64,000 nucleotides of DNA, taken from the NCBI GenBank assembly GCA_016928435.1, contig JAFGKT010000025.1:2015-66014 (forward strand), in the 5' to 3' direction. The notes below the pieces were generated by a model, which was not told where the DNA came from, ran no database searches, and saw only the letters and a list, made by a program, of their open reading frames with translations. This document shows positions 20,362 to 31,955 of the stretch, piece by piece; within the stretch, counting starts at the first letter, position 1, and the number at the start of each line of letters is the position of its first letter. The stretch is from Sedimentisphaerales bacterium. Its GTDB lineage: Bacteria; Planctomycetota; Phycisphaerae; Sedimentisphaerales; SM23-30. The translations under genes and the position numbers were made by a program.

Positions 20362-21759
20362 TCAGCTCTGTCTCAGCAGAGCCGTGAAGCCCCCGTCATG
20401 GGTGCAATGGTTCAAATGGGGGTCTCTGTAGGTCGGCAGAGTGAGCCATTGCTGTTCCAATTCAAAATTCGCATGGTCGGCCAAAAAGTCTTGCACTTGG
20501 CGCTCGTTCTCGTTGGCTTCGATGCTGCAGGTGCTGTAGAGGATTTTGCCTTTGGGCTTGATCAGCGTCGCGGCATGGGCCAATAACTGCTTCTGAACCT
20601 GCACGAGCTGCTTGATGATGTTAGGTCTGAGCGTATGGCGCGCTTCGACGCGTTTGCCTAATACACCCGTGTTGCTGCAGGGGACATCCAGCAAAACGGC
20701 GTCAAACGCCCCGGCTGCGTACTCAGCGTCGATATTGTCCGCCAGAGAAGTGCGAACAATGGTATGTCCGAGCCGTCGGCAATTTTCATCAATCAACGCC
20801 AACTTCTCATCGCTGATATCGCAGGCAATGATTTCACCTTGGTTTCGCATCAATTCCGCCAGGTGAGTTGTTTTGCCGCCCGGGGCTGCGCAGAAGTCCA
20901 GCACCCGCATACCCGGTGCCACACCCAATCGCCCAGCGACATCCATTGCCGTGATATCCTGCACCGCGAACTCGCCCCGCTGGTAACCGGGCAGTTGGTC
21001 GGGGCTGGTCGAGACATCCAATTGCACCGCGTCGCCATGACAATGACACGCCAAATCCATCTGCGTCAGCCGCATCAGCAACTCCGCCGGGGTACAACGC
21101 AATCGATTCACGCGCAGAGTCAGAGACGGCCGAATGTTGTGCGCCACGCAAATCCTCATGGTCTGATCAAAACCGTACTGTTTCAACCAGCGTTCCGTCA
21201 GCCAGGGAGGCATCGAGTAGGCCAGGCTAAGATACTTCGCGGCGTTACGGTCCACCGGCGGAAAGATATTGCTATCAAAACGAACTCCCTGCTGATCGTC
21301 GAGCCAAATGGTAGCTTGAGGCTTATTTTCACTCTCTGCGGTTACCGGGGCGACAATGCTCCGCTGAATATTACGTAACACCGCGTTGACGAAACTACCC
21401 GCGAACTTATTGACACACTTGGCCTGCTTGACCGCTTCGTCCACCACGGCAAAATCCGGACTGTCGCCGCTGTAAATCAACTGATAAACCGCCACCTGCA
21501 ATATGGCTAACACAACATTATCGACACTGCGCAGGCCGCGTTTGCTCTGCCGAGCGATCAAATGATCTATCGTTATCAAGCGACGACATGTGCCATAAGC
21601 CAATTCCGTGGCCGCGGGACGCTGACGATGGTCCAACTGCCCCTGGGCGAACGCTTCATCGAGTGAATCAGCGATACGACGTCGGCTCAGCACGAATTGC
21701 ACCAGAGAATTAACCGCCACATTGCGGGCGGAATCAGGTTTTAAACAAGAGTTGCTCAT
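20362..21759 (-). CDS. rsmB: 16S rRNA (cytosine967-C5)-methyltransferase
   Basis: NusB-like N-terminal domain. SAM motif DFCAAPGGKTTHLAE, DVPCSNTG, YSTCSIEANENE. It lies downstream of fmt, as in many bacteria. Confidence 0.9.
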   Translation of the reverse strand: MSNSCLKPDSARNVAVNSLVQFVLSRRRIADSLDEAFAQGQLDHRQRPAATELAYGTCRRLITIDHLIARQSKRGLRSVDNVVLAILQVAVYQLIYSGDSPDFAVVDEAVKQAKCVNKFAGSFVNAVLRNIQRSIVAPVTAESENKPQATIWLDDQQGVRFDSNIFPPVDRNAAKYLSLAYSMPPWLTERWLKQYGFDQTMRICVAHNIRPSLTLRVNRLRCTPAELLMRLTQMDLACHCHGDAVQLDVSTSPDQLPGYQRGEFAVQDITAMDVAGRLGVAPGMRVLDFCAAPGGKTTHLAELMRNQGEIIACDISDEKLALIDENCRRLGHTIVRTSLADNIDAEYAAGAFDAVLLDVPCSNTGVLGKRVEARHTLRPNIIKQLVQVQKQLLAHAATLIKPKGKILYSTCSIEANENERQVQDFLADHANFELEQQWLTLPTYRDPHLNHCTHDGGFTALLRQS

Positions 21760-21774
21760 TAGAAGTGCCTTTGA

Positions 21775-22731
21775 TTAACCATTCAAGAAACGATCACCGG
21801 TTCGCAGACGACGGCCGTTGACAAAATCCGCAAAATTCATCAGCCGGCTGTTTTCGGGCCTCAGCTCCAAAATCCGCAAACGCCCCCGCCCGCATTGAAC
21901 GGTTAGATCTTCAGTTACCGTGCCGATCGCCCCCGGCTCCGCGGCAAGCGAATCATCCTCAGCGACTACCGATACCCGAGCGATGGTCACCTTTTCGATT
22001 TTGTCTTTCTCGGCCTGCTGCAATCGGCAGCAAGCGCCCGGCCAAGGCCACATGCCGTGAATATGATTGCGAATCGTGACCGCGTCAGAGGACCAATCGA
22101 TTTTGCCATTTTCTTTACGCAATTTCGGCGCGCGTGAGGCTTTGGTCTCATCTTGCGTTATCGGTTTATCACTGCCTAATTCAATTTGGCTCAGCACTTC
22201 GAGAATTACTTGCGGTCCAAGTTCCGCGAGCCGGTCATGCAACTCCCCGGCCGTTTCATACGGCTCAATCGTAAGTGATGAACGCCCTAACATCGCCCCG
22301 CCGTCCCAAGCATCGTTAAGCTCGATAACCGTTACCCCCGCCTCGGATTCACCGTTGATTATCGCCCAGTTAATCGGCGCCGCCCCCCGATACGCAGGCA
22401 ACAACGAGCCATGCAAATTAACAAATCGACAATTGGGCAAGTTCAAAAGGTCCGGCCCGATCTTCTGCCCGAACGCTATCACCACCGCCACATCCGGACC
22501 GAGACCAGCCATATGCTCCACAAATTCATCCGTGTTCACATCCGCGCAGCTTCGGCAATTCAATCCCAGCTCTTGGGCCTTCATAGCGATAGGAGTTTCC
22601 AGCAGTTTCTTGCCCCGCCCCGCCGGACGAGCCGGCTGAGTCACCACCTCGGCGATCTCATGACCCGACTCCGTCAACGCCGCCAAGGTGTCGCAACCAA
22701 AATCACCACTGCCAAAAAACACGATTCTCAC
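21775..22731 (-). CDS. fmt: Methionyl-tRNA formyltransferase
   Basis: (V)RIVFFGSGDFG, VTQPARPAGRGKK, HGSLLPAYRGAAPINWAI. I prefer GTG 22731 over the ORF-track ATG 22791. Confidence 0.9.
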   Translation of the reverse strand: MRIVFFGSGDFGCDTLAALTESGHEIAEVVTQPARPAGRGKKLLETPIAMKAQELGLNCRSCADVNTDEFVEHMAGLGPDVAVVIAFGQKIGPDLLNLPNCRFVNLHGSLLPAYRGAAPINWAIINGESEAGVTVIELNDAWDGGAMLGRSSLTIEPYETAGELHDRLAELGPQVILEVLSQIELGSDKPITQDETKASRAPKLRKENGKIDWSSDAVTIRNHIHGMWPWPGACCRLQQAEKDKIEKVTIARVSVVAEDDSLAAEPGAIGTVTEDLTVQCGRGRLRILELRPENSRLMNFADFVNGRRLRTGDRFLNG

Positions 22732-22932
22732 AATAATATTACCTTTTTGCCTTATGGATAACAATACGCTCTGCTGCCCAACAGACAGCATCAGTGTGCG
22801 GAATCCATTGTAACGCTTCCTGCGATACGATGCCAGGGCAAAGCTCAGACAGGGAAACTGGGCTTGAGATAATCATCCCCAAGTAAAACACAGTATATAC
22901 GCCGACCGTTCAGTCCAGCATAAGAACACGGA

Positions 22933-24588
22933 CTATAAATCACCATCAAGCCAATGCCCAGCGAAGATAGCAAAGTCAATTACGTTCACTTTGGTATCGT
23001 GATTGAGGTCGCCGGTAAGGTTGGCTTGCACACAATAGCTGCCGTCCTGTCCGCCCGGGGCGCTGTTGCCCCCTGCTCCGCCGCTGACATCTATCGTACC
23101 ACCGCTGGTATCGAGGAAATTGTAGAACAGCTTGATGCGTCCGCCGCCCCCGCCGCAGCCGCCGCCAATCGGACTCGTGCCGCCGGTGCCGCCTCGAGTA
23201 CTTAAGGTGCCGGCAACGACTCCTTGCCCAAATCTGCACAGAATTCCTCCGCCGCTGCCCCCACCGGCCCCCGCGGCCATCGTCGTGCTAAGACCGTTAT
23301 TGCCGTTGGCTGTAACGGTTCCTTCAATCGTCAGATCGTCAGCGTAAAGAACGATGCAGCCGCCCCCGTCGCCGCCGCCATACTGACCCGATGTGGTATC
23401 GCCGCCGCCGGAGCCTTTGGCGATGTCGTTTTCACAGGCGGTGCCGTATGGTTTTCCGTTGGTGGCCGTCGCTTGACCACCCGCGCCGCCGTAACCTGCC
23501 CCACCTGAGGGATAGCTGCCTATACCGGGACCTTCTTGGTAGTCTTGTCGTCCACGAAATCCTCTGCCGTCAGCATTGATGACGCCCGTTGTTCCCACGG
23601 TTATAGTCGGAGCCTCCAAAGTCAACTCACCTGTACCGGCCGTGCCATCGTAGCCGGCAATATATAGAGTACCGTTTATCAGTACCGTATCAGTATAACC
23701 ATGATAACCGGACAATGTATATGTTTGACCCGATGGTATGACAAGTGCATGGATACTATCACAAAAAACATCTTGACTCGCAAAGTAAGTACCGGCCTGG
23801 CCTGCTGATCCCATGAATGATCCCCACCCGCCGCTGCCGCCGCTGTAAATGATTGTACTGCCGGTCGTATCAAGGTAGCCGTAGAAAATCTTGATCCGTC
23901 CGCCGCCCCCGCCGCCGCCGCCCCAATCCATAACAGAAGATGCGCCATTACCACCAACAGCGGATAGTGTTCCTGATATCTCGATCTCAGAGGATTGAAT
24001 AAGTATTTCGCCGCCGCTGCCGCCGCCTGCCGCCCAACTGCTTCCATAGATACCTGAAGCGCCAGCAACACTGACGGTTCCAGTAATTGAAACAAGCACC
24101 GCATTCAGTGATATCGCCGCCCCGCCCCTGCCGCCGCCGGAACCTCCCGAACTGTTTGCGCCGCCGGAACCTTTGATAATTTCAGTTTCCCCCAGAGTAC
24201 CATAACTTGAACCACCAACACCGCCCCAACCAGATGCTCCGCCCTGTCCGCCATAACCGCCTCCACCGCCATCCGTTCCGGTCCCCGGACCTTCAACGGC
24301 GCGAAACCCTTTACCAGCACCATCGATGATTCCCGACACTGATATTTCAGGAGCAGTAAGAACAAGGACCCCCGTGTCACCGGTGCCATTATAAGCGGTT
24401 ACGTTGAGTGTGCCTTCAATCAGAATGTTTTCAGTATAGCTGTGCGTACCGTACAAGGTGTAACTTTCGCCGACGGGCACATGAAGCGTTTGGGCATTGT
24501 CGGTTACCACCGCCCAGCCCGGCAAAACCAACAGACCAAAAACTACCCAGCCGACCAGAACCACAAAACCAACGTGGCGACCAAACAT
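22933..24588 (-). CDS. Secreted Gly-rich two-module beta-helix-like protein with a C-terminal dockerin/EF-hand-like motif
   Basis: GGAGG SD and an N-terminal hydrophobic signal. Two ~250-aa modules of the same layout, each ending in GGGGGGGGRIKIFYGYLDTTG or GGGCGGGGGRIKLFYNFLDTSG. The tail is GDLNHDTKVNVIDFAIFAGHW (DxNxDxxxxxxD). Confidence 0.7.
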   Translation of the reverse strand: MFGRHVGFVVLVGWVVFGLLVLPGWAVVTDNAQTLHVPVGESYTLYGTHSYTENILIEGTLNVTAYNGTGDTGVLVLTAPEISVSGIIDGAGKGFRAVEGPGTGTDGGGGGYGGQGGASGWGGVGGSSYGTLGETEIIKGSGGANSSGGSGGGRGGAAISLNAVLVSITGTVSVAGASGIYGSSWAAGGGSGGEILIQSSEIEISGTLSAVGGNGASSVMDWGGGGGGGGRIKIFYGYLDTTGSTIIYSGGSGGWGSFMGSAGQAGTYFASQDVFCDSIHALVIPSGQTYTLSGYHGYTDTVLINGTLYIAGYDGTAGTGELTLEAPTITVGTTGVINADGRGFRGRQDYQEGPGIGSYPSGGAGYGGAGGQATATNGKPYGTACENDIAKGSGGGDTTSGQYGGGDGGGCIVLYADDLTIEGTVTANGNNGLSTTMAAGAGGGSGGGILCRFGQGVVAGTLSTRGGTGGTSPIGGGCGGGGGRIKLFYNFLDTSGGTIDVSGGAGGNSAPGGQDGSYCVQANLTGDLNHDTKVNVIDFAIFAGHWLDGDL

Positions 24589-24964
24589 GATTCAACCTCC
24601 AGCGACCTTAACCGCAAAAGCCAATAATCAACCCACAATACCGGACCGGCAGAACGGGACCAACTCAATCTATATCCTAATATCAATATCGCCCAGCAAG
24701 ACAGCAATCTATGGTACAATAGCTCCGCCAACCAAACATAATTCAATATACCAAACTGCTTAGGGGCTACCAAAGAATATCTATCTACACAATAACCCTA
24801 TATTAAACAGGATACACATGATCCATAAAGAGGGTATTGGGCCACCAAGCAAGGCTATGGGACCAGGTTTACGCGTAACTTGACGTGTGAATTCCGACCC
24901 CCATAACGGCTTTTGAGATTATCATCTAATCAGCCAATATCCCTACAAAACATCACTTACCCCT

Positions 24965-25870
24965 TCACTTCATCAACAGCAGACTCAGCGCCATAACCGC
25001 CATGCCTGCTATCAAGCCGATAATGCTGTCGTGCCCCTTGCCGTAGGCACGGCTGGTGGGCAGCAGTTCATCCAAACTGATATACACCATAATCCCCGCT
25101 ACTCCGCCGAACATGATCCCCATAAACTGCGGCGGTATTACCCCCGATTCGCCCCCCACAAAAAACCGCAGCACCAGATAAGCAATCACCGCTCCCACCG
25201 GTTCCGCCAACCCGCTCAAAAACGAATACACAAACGCTTTCTTGCGACTGCCGACCGCGTAAAAGATCGGCACACTCACGCTTATCCCTTCCGGTATATT
25301 ATGCAGCGCGATCGCAATCGCGATCGACACCCCCAACGTTGGATCGTGCAAAGCAGCCAAGAATGTCGCCAAGCCTTCAGGAAAATTATGAATGCCGATC
25401 GCCAAAGCCGTGAACAACCCCATACGCATCAGTTTACTGTCATAGTGCCCGTGATCATGCATCCCCACCGCCTTCGCCCCACCATCTGCCTGGGCCAACG
25501 CGCCAAAATCAGGAATGGGGGCTGAAGGATTATGCAGCGGCGCTATTTCCTTTTCCGCGTGCGTCTCGTGCGGGTTCTCGGCCGCGGGAATCAGTGCATC
25601 GATAAGCCAAATCAAAAGAATTCCCCCAAAAAACGACGCCGCGTTGATCCAATGGCACCAATAATCTCCATAGCATTCCGCCAGCGCATTGACCCCCTTG
25701 AAGAATATCTCCACAAACGAAACATAGAGCATCACCCCCGCGGAAAAACCAGTCGCCACCGACAGAAACCGATAATTCGTACGCTTGGCAAAAAAGGCAA
25801 TTGCACTGCCGATACCCGTTGCCAGCCCAGCAAACAACGTCAGTCCCAACGCGAACCAGACATTACCCAT
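24965..25870 (-). CDS. zupT: ZIP-family zinc transporter
   Basis: [27 protein letters not shown], a His-rich loop (HDHGHYD), [25 protein letters not shown] 25870 lies 11 nt after AAGGAG. Confidence 0.85.
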   Translation of the reverse strand: MGNVWFALGLTLFAGLATGIGSAIAFFAKRTNYRFLSVATGFSAGVMLYVSFVEIFFKGVNALAECYGDYWCHWINAASFFGGILLIWLIDALIPAAENPHETHAEKEIAPLHNPSAPIPDFGALAQADGGAKAVGMHDHGHYDSKLMRMGLFTALAIGIHNFPEGLATFLAALHDPTLGVSIAIAIALHNIPEGISVSVPIFYAVGSRKKAFVYSFLSGLAEPVGAVIAYLVLRFFVGGESGVIPPQFMGIMFGGVAGIMVYISLDELLPTSRAYGKGHDSIIGLIAGMAVMALSLLLMK

Positions 25871-26733
25871 TGTCAGCGTCACTCCTTATTTCCCTATAAA
25901 AGCGTCCCAGCCACTCCATGCCTGCAAAATACCACGCTCCTAAACGCTGGGATTATATCAACAAACCCCATAATGTTAAAGTGTAGTTTCGCGGTTTTTC
26001 ACAGTCGTAATATATACCCAGAAATACTTTTGTCTATATACTCCCGTTCGATAATCTTCGGCGGACCAATCGAAAAACCACCCACATCATAACCGCAAGC
26101 ACCCCCTATCCTCTCAATCGTTGCGAAGATTAAACCACCCGGTAGAATCAGCATATGAATAGGGATTAGACTCATAAAAATCATGGTTGAAGAGGGGACC
26201 AATCGGGATAGCGGCCCACCCCCCCGAGATCACCGGTTATCAGGTCCAAAACAACCCTCTAATGCAGCCCTACGCACATGCCGATTAATCAAATATGTTG
26301 GAGGCTGGTTTGTCTGCAATGCCATCTATGTAGCGGACAGCCTAGTCAGACAAACGTTAGCTTCGACAATTCTTCTGCACCAAAGTCTGACTAAAAGCCC
26401 CTGGGAATTGCATCGCGATTAACTCACAACAACAATAGAACATGATAATCCGACCTAAAACAAGATTATCGGAACTCTGTTGTTAGAGAATTTGGTTGTG
26501 TTAAGAGCCTCTAAGGCTTCAAGGGTGAACCTTCAGAGACTCACCTTAACGTCAGCGTAAACAGCCTGTCTAAAGGTTACTCTTGAACTTATAGGACTTG
26601 CCTGGGATTCGCGAAAAGAATAATTTAGATATTGCTCGTGTGCGGAGATATGTCTGTGAAGGTACATTTGGCCATTTGAACTGCCCAAGTACGCAGCAGA
26701 CAAACTAACAGCAGTTTGCGGGAAAAGAAATCT

Positions 26734-29700
26734 ATGCGTAGCACAGAAAAACAGAATGAACAACCGGTAAAAGAACGTCCAGTTGGAATAAAAAAGTATA
26801 TATGGTTGACATGCGTCTTCTGGACTTTGCTGATCGCCGGCCTTTGTATATTGAATCTCTATAACCAAAAACAAGTAACTCTTGAGATGGCCCGCAACCA
26901 TCTCGATGCCGCGTTCCAAAAAGACCTGGTGTATCGCAGATGGATCGGAAACCACGGCGGCGCCTATGTCCCAATAACAGAACACACACCCCCAAACCCT
27001 TATCTCGCGCATATCCCGGAACGCGACATCACAACCCCGTCAGGCAGACAACTCACCCTGATAAATCCATCTTATATGACCCGTCAAGTGCATGAACTAG
27101 CCACCGCGCAGTATGGTCTAAGAGGACATATCACTAGTCTCAATCCAATTCGGCCCGCCAACGCGCCCGATGAGTGGGAAACAAAGGCACTGCAAAGCTT
27201 CGAGAACGGCAGCCAGCAAATCTACGAAATCGCCGACATCGACGGCCAAGAATACATGAGAATGATGAGACCAATGAATGCTGAACAAGGTTGTTTAGCT
27301 TGTCATGCGTCCCAAGGATACCAAGTCGGAGATATTCGAGGAGGAATAAGTGTCTCAATTCCGATGGCACCTTTATGGACCATCGCTCACGAATATACCT
27401 CCGAACTCATTGTCGGATACAGCTTCATTTGGCTCTTTGGCTTGGTGGTGATCATAACCAGCGGAAGACTCGTTCAGGGGCGAATAAACGCCGCCGCGAA
27501 AATCGGCAGAGCATTGAGGGAAAGCGAAGATAAATATAAATTGCTCTATGAGTCATCTCGAGACGCTATCATACTGAGAACCCCCGATGGTATCTGTGTC
27601 GATGCCAATGCCGCTGCGAGAAAACTGTACGGCTGTAATAGCGCCGAAGAACTCGCCTCAAAAACAATTGCCGACTTGTCACCAGAATACCAGCCCGACG
27701 GACAATTGTCCCAAATAAAAGCCCGAAAAATACTGGATCAAGCTGCCTCAGGTGGATCCAATTATTTTGAATGGAAATACAAACCAGTCAATGGCCAAGA
27801 AATGTGGGCCACTGTGGCATTGGCAAAGCTAGAACTGCAAGGACAAACTCTTATTCAGGCCACAATCCATGATATTAGCAATCGCAAGCGAGCGGAGCAA
27901 AAGATCAAGGAACAGTACACTTTCATCGAGACCTTGCTCAGCGCGACGCCGACTCCAATTTTCTACAAAGATAAAGATGGCGTTTACCTAGGCTGCAATA
28001 AGGCTTTTGAGGCCTTTATCGGCCTGGAAAAAAGCCAGATCATCGGCAAAACAGTCTATGACATAGCCCCCAATGATCTCGCAAAAATCTATCGCGAAAA
28101 AGACTTACAGCTTATTAGCCAAAAGGGCCAACAGACATACGAATCCGAAATCCAAGCCGCACAAGGGCGCAGAAACGTTATTTTCCATAAGGCCGTATAT
28201 TTGAACGATGCCGGCGATCCTGCCGGGATGGTCGGAGTGATAACAGACATCACCGATCGGAAGCAGGTCGAGGCTAAACTCCAAGAAAGCGAACAACAGG
28301 CCAGACACAAACTCGATACTATTCTCTCACCAGATACCGATATCAGTCAGTTGGAACTCACCGACATCTTTGACATACCCGTTATTCAAAGTCTTATGGA
28401 CGATTTCTATAAAATCACCAATTTCGGAGTCGCGCTGCTGGACAAAAAAGGAAGCGTTCTGGTCGCAACCGGTTGGCAAGATATCTGCACAAAGTTCCAT
28501 CGCGTTCATCCGCAAACCGCCCGGCATTGTCTCGAAAGCGACACCGTCCTTTCAGAAGGGGTCGCGCCCGGAACCTACAAAACATATGTGTGCAAAAATC
28601 ATTTGCGGGACATCGCGACGCCAGTCACCGTAGGCGGAATTCACATGGGAAACCTTTTCCTGGGGCAATTTATCTTCGAGGATGAACAACCCGATCGCGA
28701 GCGTATGCGAGAACAGGCAAAACTATATGGTTTTGACGAAGAGCAATACTTGGCCGCCTATGACAGGGTGCCGCGATGGAGTCGCCAACAGGTCGATTCT
28801 GTCATGAGTTTCTATATGAAACTGGCGGAAATGATCTCTACCATCGGATACAGTAATCTCAAACTCGCCAGAGCAACAGCAACCATACGAGAGAGCGAAA
28901 AACGCTTCATGGATATCCTAAAAGCTTCCAGTGACGCGATCTTGCTGATTGACGGCCAGAAATTCGTCGACTGCAATGAAGCCACCGCCAAAATGCTGGG
29001 CTACTCTAGCAGAGAAGAATTCCTCGATACCCACCCATCACAATTATCCCCGCCCGATCAACCCGATGGAAAAAGCTCCTTCAAAAAAGCGGATGAAATG
29101 ATGAACAAAGCTCTTGAGACCGGATTCAATCGCTTTGAGTGGATTCATCGCAAAGCGGACGGGACCGATTTTCCCGTCGAAGTCTCACTTACACCAATCA
29201 ACTATCAGGGCAAAACTATTCTGCACTGTTTGTGGCGCGATCTTTCCGAACAAAAACGGATTGAAAACGCGCTCCGAACCGAACGCGAAAATCTCAAAGC
29301 TATTTTTGCTTCATCGCCTGTGGGCATGTTGCTGATCGACGAAGACTACCATATCGTTAATACCAACACCAATAACGTCTTGGCAAGCGTAGTGCTAAAA
29401 GACCCTTGTGAAATCATTGGACAAGTTTTGGGCAACGGCCTGAGCTGCGCCAATGGACTACGGAACGACGAAGGCTGCGGGTCCTCTTCGGTTTGTCCGC
29501 AATGCCCATTGCGACAAGAAGTCGATGAAGTCCTAAAACATAACAATTCAGTGCATGGCCTTGAAACACGAATGGTCCGATTGGTAGATGACCAAGAACA
29601 ACCAATTTGGCTCAGAGTCAGCGCCGAGCCCGTTATCATCGATGGCCATAAACACGTTGTTATGGCAATAGACGATATAACCAACCGAAAAACCGCTGAG

Positions 29701-31383
29701 CAGAATCTTCTCAAAATCAACGCCGAACTCGAAGAGGCAACCGAACAGGCAAACTATCTCGCGAGACAAGCCGAAATGGCTAATATCGCTAAAAGTGAAT
29801 TTCTCGCTAATATGAGCCACGAAATCCGCACTCCAATGAATGCTATTCTCGGTTTCGCTGAAATACTCGCGCAAGAAAGCCTCGCCCCCGACCAAATGGA
29901 CTATGTCACCACAATTGTCGATTCAGGCAAAAACATGCTGACTATCATAAATGATATTCTCGATTTCTCCAAGATCGAGTCCAGAAATATGGAAATCGAA
30001 CTAATCGAATCTTCGCTCGAGGAAACCCTCCAAACAGTAGGCTCATTGTTTACTCCCAAGGCGATAGAAAAAAAATTGGAATTCGCTATACTGCACCGAA
30101 CCGCCCTGCCTGAAATTATCCAAACTGACCCAACTCGTTTGCAGCAGTGTCTAATCAACCTCGTCGGCAATGCTATCAAGTTCACCAACTCCGGACATGT
30201 GCATGTTATCGTATCGTTGGAACAAGATCAAGATCAACCATATATTCAATTTGACATCGAAGATACAGGCGTTGGTATCGCGGAGAATAAACTGGATACT
30301 ATCTTCAATTCTTTCACCCAAGCCGACGGGTCAACAACACGCAATTTCGGCGGCACAGGATTGGGACTGACCATCACCAAACAACTCGCTGAACTAATGC
30401 AGGGAACCGTCACAGTAAACAGTCAGCTCAATAAAGGAAGTGTCTTTACGCTTAGAGTACCCGCTGGAATAGATGTCTCGACTCAGATCAATCTGGGACG
30501 AAAACACCTGCAGGAATACTCTGCCGGCTCAGAGACCGGCACCGGCATTTATTATCAAGGCAATGTACTTGTCGCTGAAGATGCTGTAGCGAACCAAAAA
30601 CTCATCATGGCGCTGCTGCGTAAGGTCGGACTCGATCCGATTCTCGTTGATAACGGGGAAAAAGCTGTCCAAGAAGCAATGGCGCATGATTTTGACTTGA
30701 TCTTTATGGATATGCAAATGCCTGTTATGAACGGCTATGCAGCCACCGCAAAACTAAAACACAATGGTAATAACGCGCCAATTATCGCGCTGACCGCTCA
30801 TGCCATGAAGGGCGATCAGGAAAAATGTCTCGACGCCGGGTGCGATGCCTATTTGGCTAAACCTATCAGCAAAAAACAACTAAACCAAGTATTGGAAAAA
30901 TACCTAAAAACCAAAGAAGCACCCGCGGATACCACAAAATCTCAACTAAAACCCGCTCCTGCTCAGACCTGTGACCCGCAGAATCCACCAACCAAAAACC
31001 CCAAAGCACGAACTCTCATCGATTGGAAATACTTGATGGAAATCTGCGACGATGAAGCCACCATTGTGCAGATCGCCTGCGCCCTCTGCGATAATGCCCG
31101 TGAGGATATACAAAGCATTTTATCAGCAATGAACGAAAAAGATTGGTCCCAGTTAACGCTCCACGCCCATCGGCTCAAAGGCGCAACCCTAACCATCGGC
31201 GCAAGAACCGTCTCAAAAAAGGCTTCCATGTTGGAACAGGCCGGCAATGATCAGAACTTTGAATCCGCCCAGAGCATTGTCGATGCCCTGCAGGCGGAAG
31301 TCAATGACCTGCTGCGGTTCTTGTCTGATCCTAATTGGACTCAACTCGCCAAAGAGCAATGCGAAAACAACACTTCCGCCTAA
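26734..31383 (+). CDS. Hybrid sensor histidine kinase: heme-c-type DUF3365-like periplasmic domain, TM, PAS x2, PocR-like, PAS, Cys-rich sensory module, HisKA, HATPase, REC, HPt
   Basis: CLACH at 27292-27306. PocR-like [44 protein letters not shown]-box [17 protein letters not shown]-boxes DTGVGI and [25 protein letters not shown], and HPt HAHRLKGA. Confidence 0.9.
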   Translation: MRSTEKQNEQPVKERPVGIKKYIWLTCVFWTLLIAGLCILNLYNQKQVTLEMARNHLDAAFQKDLVYRRWIGNHGGAYVPITEHTPPNPYLAHIPERDITTPSGRQLTLINPSYMTRQVHELATAQYGLRGHITSLNPIRPANAPDEWETKALQSFENGSQQIYEIADIDGQEYMRMMRPMNAEQGCLACHASQGYQVGDIRGGISVSIPMAPLWTIAHEYTSELIVGYSFIWLFGLVVIITSGRLVQGRINAAAKIGRALRESEDKYKLLYESSRDAIILRTPDGICVDANAAARKLYGCNSAEELASKTIADLSPEYQPDGQLSQIKARKILDQAASGGSNYFEWKYKPVNGQEMWATVALAKLELQGQTLIQATIHDISNRKRAEQKIKEQYTFIETLLSATPTPIFYKDKDGVYLGCNKAFEAFIGLEKSQIIGKTVYDIAPNDLAKIYREKDLQLISQKGQQTYESEIQAAQGRRNVIFHKAVYLNDAGDPAGMVGVITDITDRKQVEAKLQESEQQARHKLDTILSPDTDISQLELTDIFDIPVIQSLMDDFYKITNFGVALLDKKGSVLVATGWQDICTKFHRVHPQTARHCLESDTVLSEGVAPGTYKTYVCKNHLRDIATPVTVGGIHMGNLFLGQFIFEDEQPDRERMREQAKLYGFDEEQYLAAYDRVPRWSRQQVDSVMSFYMKLAEMISTIGYSNLKLARATATIRESEKRFMDILKASSDAILLIDGQKFVDCNEATAKMLGYSSREEFLDTHPSQLSPPDQPDGKSSFKKADEMMNKALETGFNRFEWIHRKADGTDFPVEVSLTPINYQGKTILHCLWRDLSEQKRIENALRTERENLKAIFASSPVGMLLIDEDYHIVNTNTNNVLASVVLKDPCEIIGQVLGNGLSCANGLRNDEGCGSSSVCPQCPLRQEVDEVLKHNNSVHGLETRMVRLVDDQEQPIWLRVSAEPVIIDGHKHVVMAIDDITNRKTAEQNLLKINAELEEATEQANYLARQAEMANIAKSEFLANMSHEIRTPMNAILGFAEILAQESLAPDQMDYVTTIVDSGKNMLTIINDILDFSKIESRNMEIELIESSLEETLQTVGSLFTPKAIEKKLEFAILHRTALPEIIQTDPTRLQQCLINLVGNAIKFTNSGHVHVIVSLEQDQDQPYIQFDIEDTGVGIAENKLDTIFNSFTQADGSTTRNFGGTGLGLTITKQLAELMQGTVTVNSQLNKGSVFTLRVPAGIDVSTQINLGRKHLQEYSAGSETGTGIYYQGNVLVAEDAVANQKLIMALLRKVGLDPILVDNGEKAVQEAMAHDFDLIFMDMQMPVMNGYAATAKLKHNGNNAPIIALTAHAMKGDQEKCLDAGCDAYLAKPISKKQLNQVLEKYLKTKEAPADTTKSQLKPAPAQTCDPQNPPTKNPKARTLIDWKYLMEICDDEATIVQIACALCDNAREDIQSILSAMNEKDWSQLTLHAHRLKGATLTIGARTVSKKASMLEQAGNDQNFESAQSIVDALQAEVNDLLRFLSDPNWTQLAKEQCENNTSA

Positions 31384-31428
31384 TAAGTAGAAGCTTTTTT
31401 CAATTGGCGTAAAAAAATTCGTTCTCAG

Positions 31429-31456
31429 CTAAAATTGAATTAATTAGAGGTGCCCT
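31429..31456. repeat. Third, short copy of the R6 core motif
   Basis: ctaaaattgaattaattagaggtgccct versus ccaaaactgaattattagaggtgccct at 40030-40056 and 47671-47697. Confidence 0.6.
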
Positions 31457-31714
31457 TTAGTCAGGCAGTTGATAAAGACCGGCTTCAACACGCCGAAGCT
31501 TGCCCAGTTCAACCAGCTTGTCCCATACCGCTTGAGGATACTTCTCCGGAGCCCGAATCGCGACAATACCCGCTCCTCGGCTTTTGTCTTTGGAACCCCG
31601 CCCCAAACTCGACTCGTCGTCCAGCCGTGCCAGTTTCAGTGTCTTCTTGAACGCCTTCAACGCCCGCCGCAAAACTTCCGGCTCTATATCCCCATGTGAA
31701 ATCTCATCACTCAT
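31457..31714 (-). CDS. Hypothetical small protein (85 aa)
   Basis: The clean ORF MSDEISHGDIEPEVLRRALKAFKKTLKLARLDDESS... has a balanced charged/helical composition. No family recognised. Confidence 0.5.
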   Translation of the reverse strand: MSDEISHGDIEPEVLRRALKAFKKTLKLARLDDESSLGRGSKDKSRGAGIVAIRAPEKYPQAVWDKLVELGKLRRVEAGLYQLPD

Positions 31715-31831
31715 AAGTTCGCTCCTGCCATAGTAACGTCAATCCTCACGACACATTACCACAGCCTAACCGCAAACCTCATCCAAAGCAAATGAGAAAT
31801 ATCCACCCGCCAACACCCAACAAATTCCTCT

Positions 31832-31887
31832 GTTAGCCCCCGAACGTAAGCAACATTTATGTTGCTCTAGCTCGGGGGTCCAAACTC
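31832..31887. repeat. R1 hairpin repeat (long form with nested inner hairpin)
   Basis: gttagCCCCCGAacgtaAGCAACATttATGTTGCTctagcTCGGGGGtccaaactc. It is nearly identical to 56838-56895. Confidence 0.75.
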
Positions 31888-31895
31888 ATTACGTC

Positions 31896-31932
31896 TGTCA
31901 TTCCAGCGCAAGCGCCGAATCAATCCCTGACC
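31896..31932 (+). repeat. R2 repeat (TGTCATTCC..palindrome..GAATC.ATCCCTGA)
   Basis: tgtcattccagcgcaagcgccgaatcaatccctgacc. It belongs with 54241, 60351/60370 and 62423. Confidence 0.6.
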
Positions 31933-31955
31933 AACCACTCCCATCGCACGTCCCA

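Noticed and set aside
24589-24964. I first took this AT-rich spacer for the skew switch point or an origin (TATCTACAC / GATACACA DnaA-box-like words).
   Set aside because: Re-reading the codon third positions of lpxB, fmt and rsmB showed the C-rich domain already starts near 17.2 kb. The DnaA-like words carry 2 mismatches each. The polarity of the flip fits a terminus, not an origin.
25961-25988. dif-like word CCCCATAATGTTAAAG, resembling the XerD arm TTATGTTAAAT.
   Set aside because: No matching XerC arm or palindromic 11-6-11 layout is present, and it lies about 9 kb from where the skew actually flips. Likewise TCATGTCAAACT at ~16860 has no partner arm.
25999-26202. 67-aa minus-strand ORF (..ILPGGLIFATIERIGGACGYDVGGF..).
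   Set aside because: It has no SD and no recognisable family, and it lies in a region where any minus-strand frame is G/T-rich. It could be a pseudogene fragment, but I cannot support that.
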